DNA of 64,000 nucleotides from Podarcis liolepis (taxonomy: Eukaryota). A model generated the notes under the pieces. That model was given only the letters and a program-made list of their open reading frames with translations. It did not search any database and had not been told where the DNA came from. The stretch is taken from NCBI GenBank assembly GCA_965112155.1, contig OZ218105.1. One strand, given 5' to 3'. Made by a program: the position numbers and the translations under genes. Below are positions 26,001 through 37,349 of the stretch, one piece after another. The stretch's first letter is position 1; each line of letters begins with the position of its first letter.

Positions 26001-26949
26001 TCCTGATAGTGTGACATTATCACTTACTGTTACATTATCAGGGGACAGTGGTCTGTCTCAAATTCTTTTCAGTATGTGACGATTTGCAGCAGTTGTCCAG
26101 GCTTCCATTTACATTCATTCTCAGTGTGCTGAGATATGACAATGGCCGCAGCTTGAAATACATTCTGAAGTCATATTAAAGAGTTGGGATCAAATCAATG
26201 CTCTAAAATGAATCATCCTCTGTCTAAATTGTCATTAGGTTCATTGAACCTACACTAATAAATGTTAGTTGAAATAGCATGAGGAACATCAATCAAATAA
26301 TAAAAAATAAACAGCAGAGCCAAAGCTTTTCAGTCTTATCTATATACTAGCGTCATGATTTTAATCATAAAGCTCCTGGACTGTAAACTTTGATTTGTGG
26401 GCACCTGAATTGCTGCTGACATCAGCGGATTCTGCTTAGTTATGAATCTAGGTAATAGATATTTACTGCTTAGTCTATTCACATACAATTTTAATATTTG
26501 TACATTTTATGAATCGAAAGTATCAGAATGCTGCAGAATAGTGTCAGCAATATTACATAAAGAGCTGAAAACTGACAAAGCTTTAAACTGTCAGTCATAC
26601 GAACTTAGTGTATAGGTGGAATCTTTTCAATTAAAGATGAATATTCTCAACAAAAATACTATGTACACTTTCATGCAGAGGAATATTCACACAGCATTTG
26701 GGTTGGGAGTGAAATTTAATGGAAAAAGTCTTCTCTGTTCTGGCCAAAATAGTATTGGGTAGGAAGGAGGGGTGTGGCTCCTTTGACTGCCATTGGGTAT
26801 GTTTTTATGATGTGAGAACATCAATACAGCAATTCCAAGAAGTAAACCTCTGAAACTTCCTCTTCTTTATTTCACACTTTGTGATCTGTGACAACAGGGG
26901 TATGTGTGTATCTGTATATTGGGCAAGTACAATGGCAATGCTGAATCAT

Positions 26950-27239
26950 GAATTGGCCAATTGTTGATCACAAAATGGTTAAGTTGCAGAAAGCAAAGAG
27001 TAGGAATCCATGGGCAGTTCTCTGAATGGAGAGGTGTAGAAGTATTGGTATTGGGAACTGTGTTTTTTAACTTGTTCAAAAATGATCTAGAGTTAGGAGT
27101 GAGCAATGAGGTGGCCATGTTTGGTGATGATACTGAATAGTTCAGGGTTGTTAAAAAGAGATTGTGAATAGCTTCAAAAAGACACCTCCAAGCTGAATAA
27201 ATGGTTGGTAGAATGGCAAATGCAATTTAGTGTAAACAG
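26950..27239 (+). mobile_element. CR1 reverse transcriptase fragment
   Basis: Translates as 'WLSCRKQRVGIHGQFSEWR...VLGTVFFNLFKNDLELGVSNEVAMFGDDT', a decayed FADD motif, then 'WQMQFSV'. Confidence 0.92.
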
Positions 27240-27800
27240 TGTGGATTTAGGAACACCTGAAGGGGTTAAGACCATAGAAATGTTTTCATGGACGCAGATA
27301 GGTCATGTCCCTCACCTGGAATAAAGGAAGTTTCTGCCTTGGTTTCCTTTCTTTCACCATGTGAAATCTCCAATATGGGATATGCCTGAGCTTGCTCACG
27401 ACAAGCTCAGACCACGTGCTTAGAGCTATTTCACTATATTTTGTATATCAATGTGTCTACTTGTGTCTTCTTTCTGCTTCATGGAATGACACATGAACCT
27501 GACCTTTGGCATTTGTAAATAAAGCATTTAAACTTACTAAATGGTGTAGTCTGTTTATTGCAAGAGTAGTAGAGAGGGAAAGCGCTGTAAGTGGCTAGAA
27601 CAAGATATTTTCAAGGTCTAACAGCGTATTATTCCCACCCTTCACTGTGCTGCATGATTCTGTGATTTTAAACTCTGCTGGGGGGCTCTCTCTTGCTGGA
27701 TAGTGTGTTTGGCCCCACACTTTGGATCTAGGGATCTAGTCAATTACTTGATTAATCACCCCACATGGGTGCTCTATCTTTATCTATTTTCCACTCCACA
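27240..27800 (+). mobile_element. Probable solo LTR
   Basis: TGTGGA...TCCACA inverted ends and an internal AATAAA (~27519). It abruptly ends the CR1 fragment. No clear TSD. Confidence 0.5.
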
Positions 27801-29295
27801 ATAACACCATCAAATACTCCCTTCCATGCTGGAACTGTGGCAATAGGATATGCTGAAACTACAGACTTACTCAGAAGCAAATTCCCCTGAAATCAGTCAC
27901 ACACCTTCTCATAAACATGTGTTTAGAACTGAGAGTCTGAGAAACTGACAGATTTTATTTATACTTTTTTGAACAAGCCTTTCAAACTGCCATCACTAAA
28001 AATGAATCTTGTGGGATTTCCAAGGCTAAAACTACTTAGTAATAGATGAACTTGAAAAGAATGGTAAATAGTAATTTGGAGAAATCAGCCCAGCTGACTT
28101 GACTGTGGGGGAAGTGGGGGGAAGTTGAGTTGACTAGACTGGCGGAAGCGGGTGGCCAACTGGGACTGTAATGAGCAAGTTTGCTTCAGTACAAGGCTGG
28201 GAGATGGGGATTTATATTCATTCACCTCCATTGTCAGCAAGCGTAAGGATGAAATGTGCTGTGTGCTGTGAAAAACATGGGGGAACCTTCACCGCAAATT
28301 GAGATGGCTGCTAAATTGACTCGGCAGATCCTATTATTATTTATTTAGTGCTAGAGGTAAAGCATGGCACTTTAAAGATGAGGAGTATGACAAGGTCCAT
28401 GCCCTAAGGAGTTTCCAATCTAAATTAGAGAGCAACAGAAAATAAAATCAGAACCTGATGGGCAGATGAGTGGGAAGGAAACTAAGTAAGAAGGATGGCA
28501 TCCTGTCCTCAGGAGAGGAGTATTTTGCAAGGAAAGCACGTCATATCATTTGCTTCTTTGTCTTCAGACATACCTGGCTGCTTGTCGGTTTATTGCTTGG
28601 TTTTATTTACCATTTTATCACAGGGCCTCTGCATACTTTATAGCAGAATACCTAATAAAATACGATGCCAGTGTAAAGCAGAGGCATGTTGGTTTATAAG
28701 AACAAGCCTAAGTACAGACAGAAGACACATAATGAACTAAAATGTCTTTGAGTTCCTATTCTGCATTATTGTGAAAAATTGTTGTAACACCTGCAGGTCT
28801 TAAATCAAACATTTCCCCCTGCAGTTTAATTTTCGTATTAGACAAATTCTAAACAAGACATGAAGTTGTTCAGATTTTTGTGTGTGTGTGCAGCAAAATT
28901 GGAAGCTTGGATCAATACTGCTTGGTGGGTCGTAAGCTATGTAAGTCTGAGTTAACTGACTAGTGCCTTCTCAAACTGTTTTGAACTGCTTCCTGGCACA
29001 TATAAGTAATAATTCACGTGCTGCTATTAAAGCTTTCTTTCCAGAGTTATTCCAAATGTACAGCATCAACAAAGCAGAATTATCTTTAGACCTTCAAGCA
29101 ACACTCAGTGAATACCTTCACTTCCCCTTAGGGCACCCATTGTCCTTTAGGGTTGAACAGGTTGTTGAGTGGAAAGAGAGACCTATATTCTCTCCCATGG
29201 GCTCCCGTGAGAGCAATGATATGGGTGAGATTTTTGCCTTCCTTGGCTGCTCTCTGTGCCCCATCTGCTGAGCAAAGTCACCCCATATTGATTGC

Positions 29296-29540
29296 AGAAG
29301 AAGAAGAAGAAGAGTTTGGATTTGATATCCCGCCTTATCACTATCCGAAGGATTCTCAAAGCGGCTAACATTCTCCTTTCCCTTCCTCTCCCACAACAAA
29401 CACTCTGTGAGGTGAGTGAGGCTGAGAGACTTCAGAGAAGTGTGACTAGCCCAAGGTCACCCAGCAGCTGCATGTGGAGGAGCGGAGACGCGAACCTGGT
29501 TCCCCAGATTACAAGACTACCACTCTTAACCACTACACCA
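29296..29540 (-). mobile_element. Squam3-type tRNA SINE with (CTT)n tail
   Basis: Minus-strand head 'tggtgtagtggttaagag...ggttcgcgtctcc'. Near-identical to the copies at 42217 and 42994. Head ~11 nt shorter. Confidence 0.9.
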
Positions 29541-29669
29541 GAGAAACTTGTTGTTCAACACTGGGTACAATTCAGCCCTGAAGCTCTGAAATCTTAATTT
29601 TACTAACAGACAGTGCAGTTGAAGTCCAGTTTTTGGAGCGAGCAATAAATTTATGGACTGTAAGCATAA

Positions 29670-30533
29670 TGACCGCTCCCCGCTTAAAACGGGGGGTGCC
29701 CTTTGCGTGGACGCGTGCAGCCCCTAGATCTGGAGTGGCCCCAACAGCATAGGCTTGGCTTTGCCTTCCCTCAGGTGGGATACCTGGGGGTCTCCGCCTA
29801 CCTCAGTCAGTTGTCCAATCCCACCTGGGGGAAGCGTTGCCAAGGAGACCAGGCCAGGTAGGGGAGGGATTACCTGCCCACACAATAGAGGGAGGATCTT
29901 ACCTAGGAATCCTCACTTGGCTCCAGAGCTTCTCCCACCCTACCCACCCTCAGTTAATGTCTTATTTTGCAGGTTAACTTTTCTTCACAGGTTTTTCAGG
30001 TTACCTTTTCTTCACAGGTATGCGGGCGCTGCTACGTTAAGGTCGCTGTTAAAGGGCCGGAAAGGAATTTCCCTGCATTGGCAGGTTTCGCCTTTCCCGT
30101 AGCAAAACGTCACAACTTTGGCGATATCAGGCCTTGGGCGGAATCCTTTTGTCCATCTTCCTCTTGCGGTGGCGATACCAGGGTTCCCCGTTAAAGGGGT
30201 TTTCTGAAGGGAGGCTTTGGCCGTACACCGAAAGGTCGTCATTGCTCTCTCCTGCGGCGGCGGCGTTATGGGGGCGGCCATCTCTGCTTGAACATATGTT
30301 CTCCAGAGCTGGCCCATCCCCCCCCCCACACACACTGGATAACCCTGATGCTCCCTCGGTCCCCGGCTGGGGACCGGGGAGGGAGAACGCCCAATGCCTG
30401 AGCCAAGGTCTACCCACATTTGAAATTTAATAAAGTTGTGGCCAATTTAATCCCATAGCACGTTGTCTTGAGTCATTATTCCACATGTCGGGGGGACCGT
30501 GCAGGATCTGGGGACTCCGCCTGTCCACGCAAA
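29670..30533 (+). mobile_element. Young non-coding LTR-like or tyrosine-recombinase (DIRS/Ngaro)-like element
   Basis: CpG-rich island. Inverted repeat TTTGCGTGGAC 29702-29712 / GTCCACGCAAA 30523-30533. AATAAA at 30429. No TSD found. Confidence 0.65.
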
Positions 30534-30692
30534 ATTAAATTCTCTTTCAGATTGGAATTTCACATTTATATTTCATTCAACTTTAGCACTTTTCTTAATT
30601 TAATAATTTGAATCCTATTTGATTCTTTTAATCTGTGGGAAGTATGAAATAATCATCTGCTTGTATCTCCAAGTCTCTGCTATTGTAATACT

Positions 30693-30844
30693 CAGTGCTT
30701 TTTTCTGGGGGCACGCAGGGGTACACATATCTCTAAACATTTTGTGAATCTAAGTTTGGCCTCATTGAGGGGCAGTATTTCAATATGAGTAGGAAAATGA
30801 AAGTACCCCTGAACGTATATATTTTTTTGGGGGGGAGAGCACTG
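30693..30844 (+). mobile_element. hAT MITE
   Basis: CAGTGCT...AGCACTG ends. Perfect 8-bp TSD GTAATACT. Same family as 56249-56394. Confidence 0.93.
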
Positions 30845-31034
30845 GTAATACTTATTAGTTGTTTTCCAATATCAACATTTGATTTATCACATTTAAAACT
30901 TTAAGATCTAAACGTTGTGAGAATCTGAAAAATGGCTTATTAGTGTTTGCATTTAGAAATTCTGTAGATGGAATGTAAATTAGAGTTCAGATCCACTGAG
31001 CAGTAGAGCGCAATCATTACTTGGATTTAAAGTC

Positions 31035-31038
<4 letters not shown>

Positions 31039-31076
<38 letters not shown>
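31039..31076. repeat. (TA)n microsatellite
   Basis: Dinucleotide run. Confidence 0.97.
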
Positions 31077-31079
<3 letters not shown>

Positions 31080-31979
31080 GTTCTGCTTTGAATATATTAC
31101 ATACTTGCAGTTGCTTGATTCAGCAGGGGCAACATCTTCCAGCCAAAGCATTCTGGAAACTGTAGTTTATTAAGGGTTTCCCAACAATTCTCAGCTCCAC
31201 TAACAAAGTATAGTTTCCAGAATTATTTGGTGGGAAGCCATGACTCTTAAAGTGAATTAAAAGTGTTTTAACTGTATTGTGTGGATGTGATGTTAGCATG
31301 CAGGCTCTTCTCAGACCTTAAGGGTTAAGACCTGAAAGCGACTGCTACATGCTTTCTACAGAAGTACCATACTTAGAAAACTCCTTCAGACCTTTATGCT
31401 CAACATGTGAATGTCTGAGACCACCTGGTGACATTGGTGTATGGCTTGTGTATGTGTGCCTCTGCCCCTCTACACATTTTTAACCCTTTCATGTACAGGC
31501 AAATGCCTGAAGAGGGGTTGTGGTGTATCTCCCCCAAATCTGATTATTATAGAAAAAAACACAAAAACTATAGCAAACACTGTTTAAAGGTTTTTGGCAA
31601 TTTTATCAAGAACCTTGATGAGAATCTTGTGTCCCTCATCTGCCAACTGAAGTCAATTCCCTGACACACAGAAAGCAGCTACAAGTGGTATAAGGTTGAA
31701 TTCAGCTAATCTACTTTGGCCCACTGCACTTACAGCATTCCAAGAAAACAGAGCTTATCAAACTGAAATATTGATCCTGAAAAAGATAAAATTCTATCCT
31801 GTGCAGTGAAAAATGTGCATATGGAACTCATTGTGGCAGGTTTTAATGAGCACTGTAGTATCTGTCATCCCTGAAGGATAGGGGAGCAGGAGTTTGCTTG
31901 AAACCCAGAAGTCTCTCGAGATTAAGAGTGCTCAATAACTTACCAAGCTTCAGCAATTTATTATTTGGGAAAGTACTCC

Positions 31980-32290
31980 ATGACATGACATGATTAAATT
32001 ATTCAGTCAATAATGCAGAGTTAGCTTTTGTCATGAATGCATCTGATGATATAAAAACACTCAATGACCCATTTATCATATTGCTTCCCACTTGATACAT
32101 TGCAGCTGCTGTCAGCGACCCATTTTCCCCCTTCGCGTTAAGAGCACTAATTAATGCATGACTGTGATGCATTAACAGCAATAAAAGTGCATAAGTTGGT
32201 TGACATATTTAGAAAGCGATTGAATAGGCATTTGCTAATGATACGATGCTAGGTTTCTCAGTCATTTCAGGATGGCATTTAAGAATATGG
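31980..32290. promoter_or_regulatory. Candidate conserved non-coding element (enhancer-like)
   Basis: Repeat-free and AT-rich with retained CpGs. CTGTCA at 32109, TAATTAATGCAT at 32148, ATGCATTAA at 32167. Conservation not verified. Confidence 0.4.
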
Positions 32291-32531
32291 GAAGTGCCAT
32301 ATTGGAAGAGATGAATGGTCCAGCTAATTAAATCCCCTTTCTGATGGCTGCCAATGCAGCTGGACAAGGAAATAATATAATGCATGTGGCATGATGGGAC
32401 AAAATTGCTCTGTGTTCCTCGTAAAACGATTCCATTCTAATCTGAAGGCAAAGGCTTGAAGGTTCTTCTAATAATAGCTGATGGGAATTTCCAGCTCACT
32501 GTTGGAACTGTTGGTTACATTTTCATTAGAT

Positions 32532-32652
32532 CTAGAATCATAGATTTGTAGAGTTGAAAGTGACCCTGAGGATCATCTAGTCCAACCCCCATAAGGGGAT
32601 TGAACTTGCCACCTTGGCATTATCAGCACTATGCTTCAAGCAACTGAGCTAG
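32532..32652 (-). mobile_element. tRNA(Ile)-derived SINE with CR1 tail, second copy
   Basis: Minus strand: 'tagctcagttgcttgaagcatagtgctgataatgccaaggtggcaagttcaatcccc...ttggactagatgatcctcagggtc...tctatgattcta'. Confidence 0.75.
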
Positions 32653-32674
32653 TCCAATATAAGTTTGCTTAAAG

Positions 32675-32801
32675 CAGTCATGACTAACAAATGGTTCTCT
32701 AGCTGCTGCTGGACTATGGCTCCTAACATCCCTGACCATTGGCCATACTGACTGGGACTGATGAGAGCAATACCTGGAGGGCCATAGATCAACCACCCCT
32801 G
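32675..32801. mobile_element. Palindromic hAT MITE, degraded
   Basis: CAG...CTG ends. Imperfect 8-bp flanks GCTTAAAG / GCTTTAAT. Confidence 0.7.
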
Positions 32802-33689
32802 GCTTTAATAAATGACCTATTCACACTTACCTAGAAAGACTTTCTTAGCTGACCTGTGTAGAATTGTGCTATTAGAGTAAAATGGAGAACAGTTTCTTCT
32901 TTGTTGCAAATGGCAAGACATGTTTAGTATGCTTAGAGGGCAAGTTTTTTGGGAAGCTAGTATGTTGTGTAGAATGGTTTTGACTGAAAAGGGTCACAAA
33001 GATAATTTCAGAGCAAAGTGGTTTGATTTTGTTTGATGTCTTTGAAGTAGCGAGGGCCGGATGCCTGTGCCAAATAGATTCAAGGGAGCATATGCAAGGT
33101 CTACAGGAAGCAAATCGTGGTTGCTTAAAAGTCATGGATTTTTAAGTCTGATATATAATTTACCAGACAAGTCAGCCCTTGTATTAGAAAAACATAAACA
33201 CAAATTAACAGTAGGGCTCTATACTGGGGGGAGCTTCGTAGACATAAATAAATAGTACATCATCAGCCATCACTTGCACTTAAGAGATTCTGGCTGTGAT
33301 TCAGAACTGCATAGGCTCCCCTATCTCCTTATGAGGAAAAGATGTGTCCATCCCTTCTAAACTGCAATGGTGCAATGTTGGATGGATGTGATTTTGAAAC
33401 CTCTGCTGGTTTTTCAACTTGTGAGGAGAAAGGCTGTTGAGACAGAAGAACTACAGCAACCAAGAACACCAAGTAATAGAGGTATAGGGAGGGTATCAGG
33501 GAAGGCCTATGGGTCCATTTGCCCCTCTGGGCAAAACTTTGCTGCCCTCTGCTGTAAGCACTGCTGTTTTGTGCCAGTAAAAATATTTTACACTAGAGTT
33601 TGAGATGAAGATCTGGAGGGATGAGGAAGGAGGAATGTTATCAGTGTGTCAGATAAATACCCCTTTAGGTGGTTTGTACAGTTAGTATA

Positions 33690-33931
33690 CAGTGGTACCT
33701 CTGGTTACGTACTTAATTAGTTCTGGAGGTCCATTCTTAACCTGAAACTGTTCTTAACCTGAAGCACCACTTTAGCTAATGGGACCTCCTGCTGCCGCTG
33801 TGCCGCCGCCGCGCGATTTCTGTTCTCATCCTGAAGCAAAGTTCTTAACTCGAGGTACTATTTCTGGGTTAGCGGAGTCTGTAACCTGAAGCGTATGTAA
33901 CCTGAAGCGTATGTAACCTGAGGTACTACTG
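33690..33931 (+). mobile_element. Tigger/pogo-like MITE
   Basis: TIR CAGTGGTACCTC / GAGGTACTACTG. TA on the left. Near-identical to 47202-47427. Confidence 0.93.
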
Positions 33932-33990
33932 CAATGAATTGATGGATATTGGGTGGTATTTAACTACCATGTCCCATCAAAGGTTTCCAC

Positions 33991-34036
33991 CTAGAATAAT
34001 AGAATTATTAGAGTTGGAAAGGACCCCAAGGGTCAC
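33991..34036 (-). mobile_element. CR1 3' tail stub
   Basis: 'tagaataatagaattattagagttggaaaggaccccaagggtca'. Confidence 0.7.
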
Positions 34037-34334
34037 TTGTACAATAAAACTTTTCCCTTCTTCATTCCCCCTGCACATCTTCCTTTAAATTGTTTCAGAA
34101 GGTTGGAGGAATCGCTAGAATAGCTGGAACAGAAACAGGAGAAGGAGAGGACATTCTACTGCACAAGCAGACATCCTCGCTCTGATAGAACATTCACTTA
34201 GAGCTATGTTGAATACCACCCATTGACAGTGGAAGGGACTGAGAGGCAGGTTTGGATGTGTGCAATACTGAGGAGGCTGCTTCAAATAACTCAATGCAAT
34301 GAAACAATTGTGTGGCTGTAGCTCACAACTCACA

Positions 34335-34691
34335 GGGACGTGGGTGGTGTTGTGGGTTAAACCACAGAGCCTAGGACTTGCCGATCAGAAGGTTGGTGGT
34401 TCGAATCCCCGCGACGGGGTGAGCTCCCCTTGCTCAGTCCCTGCTCCTGCCCACCTACCAGTTCAAAAGCACGTCAAAGTACAAGTAGATAAATAGGTAC
34501 CACTCTAGCGGGAAGGTAAACGGCATATCCGTGCACTGCTCTGGTTCGCCAGAAGCGGCTTAGACATGCTGGCCATATGACCCGGAAGCTGTACGCCGGC
34601 TCCCTTGGCCAATAAAGCGAGGTGAGCGCCGCAACCCCAGAGTCGGTCACGACTAGACCTAATGGTCAAGGGTCCCTTTACCCTTTACCTT
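34335..34691 (+). mobile_element. Sauria SINE, full length
   Basis: tRNA head with B box GGTTCGAATCCC, Bov-B-like tail 'gagtcggtcacgact' and (ACCTTT)n end. TSD TAGCTCACAAC(C)TCA. Confidence 0.96.
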
Positions 34692-34712
34692 TAGCTCACA
34701 ACCTCATGACAG

Positions 34713-34790
34713 CATAAGAACATAAAAGGAGCCTGCTGGATCAGTCCAAATATTCATCTAGCTCAGCATCCTGTTCTCACAGTAGCCTGT
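34713..34790 (-). mobile_element. CR1-type 3' tail stub
   Basis: 'cataagaacataaaaggagcctgctggatcag...catctagctcagcatcctgttctcacagtagcc'. Confidence 0.7.
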
Positions 34791-36251
34791 GAAACCCACA
34801 GGGTGTTAAAATGATTGGTGTGAGTGTGGCCTTAAACTCATTTGTATTCATTCCTGAAGGCCTTTTCCCCAGTGCCAGTTATAATGCATTGAAATGTCTT
34901 GATCTTGGAGGTGGTCCAAAACAGATATGTTGTTGTTGTTGGTGGTGGTGGTGGTGGGTCTGCATTGCTTGTTTTGTTTCTTTCATGTGTCTACTAGCTA
35001 TCACTGCTTTCTGCCTTACAGCTAATAAAAATGCATCTATAGAGATGTATATAATATGTTACTGTTTAGTGTGCATATTAAATACTGATAGATAGAGGAC
35101 ACATATTTTGCTTGAGCTCCAGTGTTAAAGGAACTGTATAACCAGAAACACAATGTTCAGAGAGATACCCAGTAAGGCAATAAAGATGAAATACCTTAAT
35201 GGATTTCTTTGGGTAATGGGAACAATTTTATTTAAGATCTTGCAACAAATCTTGGTGGAATCCTCGAGTTCTGAGAATACTGGGGGGGAATGACTCCCAT
35301 TGTAACCTTTTAAATATATGCAACTTAGGAATTATAGGATGCTAAAAGTTAAATAGGATAGATCCAGGAGAGGGTAATATTTTATTCTAGGTTCACACTT
35401 TCTATATTATTAGTTCTTGAATAATTTATTTTGCATTTTATAACACACAAATCCCTGGCTAGCTTTTTTAAAAAGTATTGATGCAAGAATGTAGATGCAG
35501 AATTCACATTGTTAACCATCCTATCACTTGTCACTAGATGTTATGGTTAAGTATAACTCATGAATGGGACATTTTAGCATAAACCAATATGTGAATGTGT
35601 ACACGATGAAGGAAAGATTATGGTTTCATTTTCACAAAAAGCAGATGATCTGGTGGGAGTTCACATGGTTCAAAGATACTCGGGGTTTGATTTTTAATAT
35701 CCCTGCACATAGAAAGCTAGCACATCAGGGTGAAGAATTCTGATCTAGCATCTCTTTCCTGTGTTTAGGAACAGAAGTGTTTGTAGATCCCCACCTACAG
35801 TCTTAATTTGTCTCTGCAGTGCTTAGGTAGAGCATCAGTAGATGCCTCACAGCTGAACAGGGTGTAGATCTGGTGTAATTTTATGCTGGCTTAATTTACA
35901 CTAGCTTCTTGTGATCACTGACAGTGCAATTATCAACCACTTAACTGGAAATAAGCCCCATTGGACCTATTGGTTCTTATTAAGATTGCATTCTTATTAA
36001 GCATAGGATTGCAATGTTAGTTGTTACAAGAGTCTGGGGTTAGTGTCCATTTAGTGTTCATAACTGGACCAGAAGTTGGCCTCACCAACATTGTGCTCCT
36101 TCTTCAACTTTGCTTTTCTGACCTTTCTTCTTCTCCAGCCTGCTACATGTCAGGAATCTCAGTGGTTAACTCACCAGAATGCTGATATGATAATAATGAG
36201 ATGTTGACAATGTAAAGGTCACTGGATGCAGATTTTCCAGTCTGAGGCTCT

Positions 36252-36759
36252 TGTCATGATCTCCAGAGACAGACTTAATTAGGTAAATAAGGGTGCAAAT
36301 CAAGAATGAGCAGTACAATAGTTATTTACTCAAGAGCCCTGGCCAAACGAGGAAACAACCTGCTAAACATTAGTGGTTCGGCAGAGCATCTATTAAGAAG
36401 GCTATCCTTAAAAGAGATTATCTTTCCTAACTACACCTGAGAACACACCTCCTTTTTACCTGTCCATGTCTAATGCCTCAAACTCCTCCTTATTATATCC
36501 CTAAACCCCTCTGTTCTATATGCCTACCTATGAAACTCCAAACCCTGGCTTTGGCATTGAATAGTTAAAACAATCCCACCTTTGATGAGTCTCATGTATC
36601 TTCACATCGTTCTCAAGGGACACGTTTAGCATATCATTGGATGATGGACCTTTGGGCAAGGAATCCTTATGCCTGCATTGGGTCATGGCTTCATCACATA
36701 CCTGCATCTACACAGCTACAGGGAAGCTCTAGCTTTCTTTGCCAGTCCCCTCATCCACA
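36252..36759 (-). mobile_element. Probable solo LTR
   Basis: TG...CA ends. Near-TSD GGCTCT / TGCTCT. Composition resembles 48004-48517 reversed. Confidence 0.5.
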
Positions 36760-37290
36760 TGCTCTGTTGAATTGAGTTGTTGTTGTTTTGAGATAACACT
36801 ATTTGTCAGATCTTGGTATACCAGCTTGGAACAGCGTAACTTGTGTAGGTTTCCATCTTGTGTGGGCAGCTGGCAAGGGATATGCCACCAGTTCCTTTTA
36901 AAATACTCATTTATTGCAATTTTTGAACACACAAAGGAACGATAGGGAGGTGGTTCCTGGGAAAACACCTTGAAACCGTTTTTGTAAAAAAAAAAAATAT
37001 TGTATGTACAACGAAACAGTTCTATGAAAGAGGGAGCTAGATGCCTTGCATCCTTTTTAACATAGAGGCAACACATTTGTAAAAAAAAGTCAAGAAAAAC
37101 AATGTATATAATAATAAATTATTTCAGGCTTTAATTTTCAATCCCCCCCATCCATGTGATGTATATAAGGTAACAGGAAAAGATGCCAAATTCAGAAAGT
37201 GCTGAATTTAATTTGCTGTTATGAAAGAAGAATTGAGAACACACCCTAAGCCTGAGTGTTGTGCTTCTGATACTTCATTGGCCTTTCATT

Positions 37291-37349
37291 TTAATTAAAT
37301 ATACATCTTGCATATTTAATTAAATATACATCTTAATTAAATGTATATC
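37291..37349. repeat. Three copies of a 17-bp unit TTAATTAAATATACATC
   Basis: Units at 37291, 37316 and 37333. The third has two mismatches. Confidence 0.85.

Noticed and set aside
29755-30430. Cluster of 75-135 aa ORFs in the GC-rich element
   Set aside because: Expected from high GC content. No RT, gag, integrase or recombinase motifs.
34335-34415. tRNA-like A/B boxes
   Set aside because: These are SINE heads without a full cloverleaf, not tRNA genes. The same applies at 61718 and to the other SINEs.
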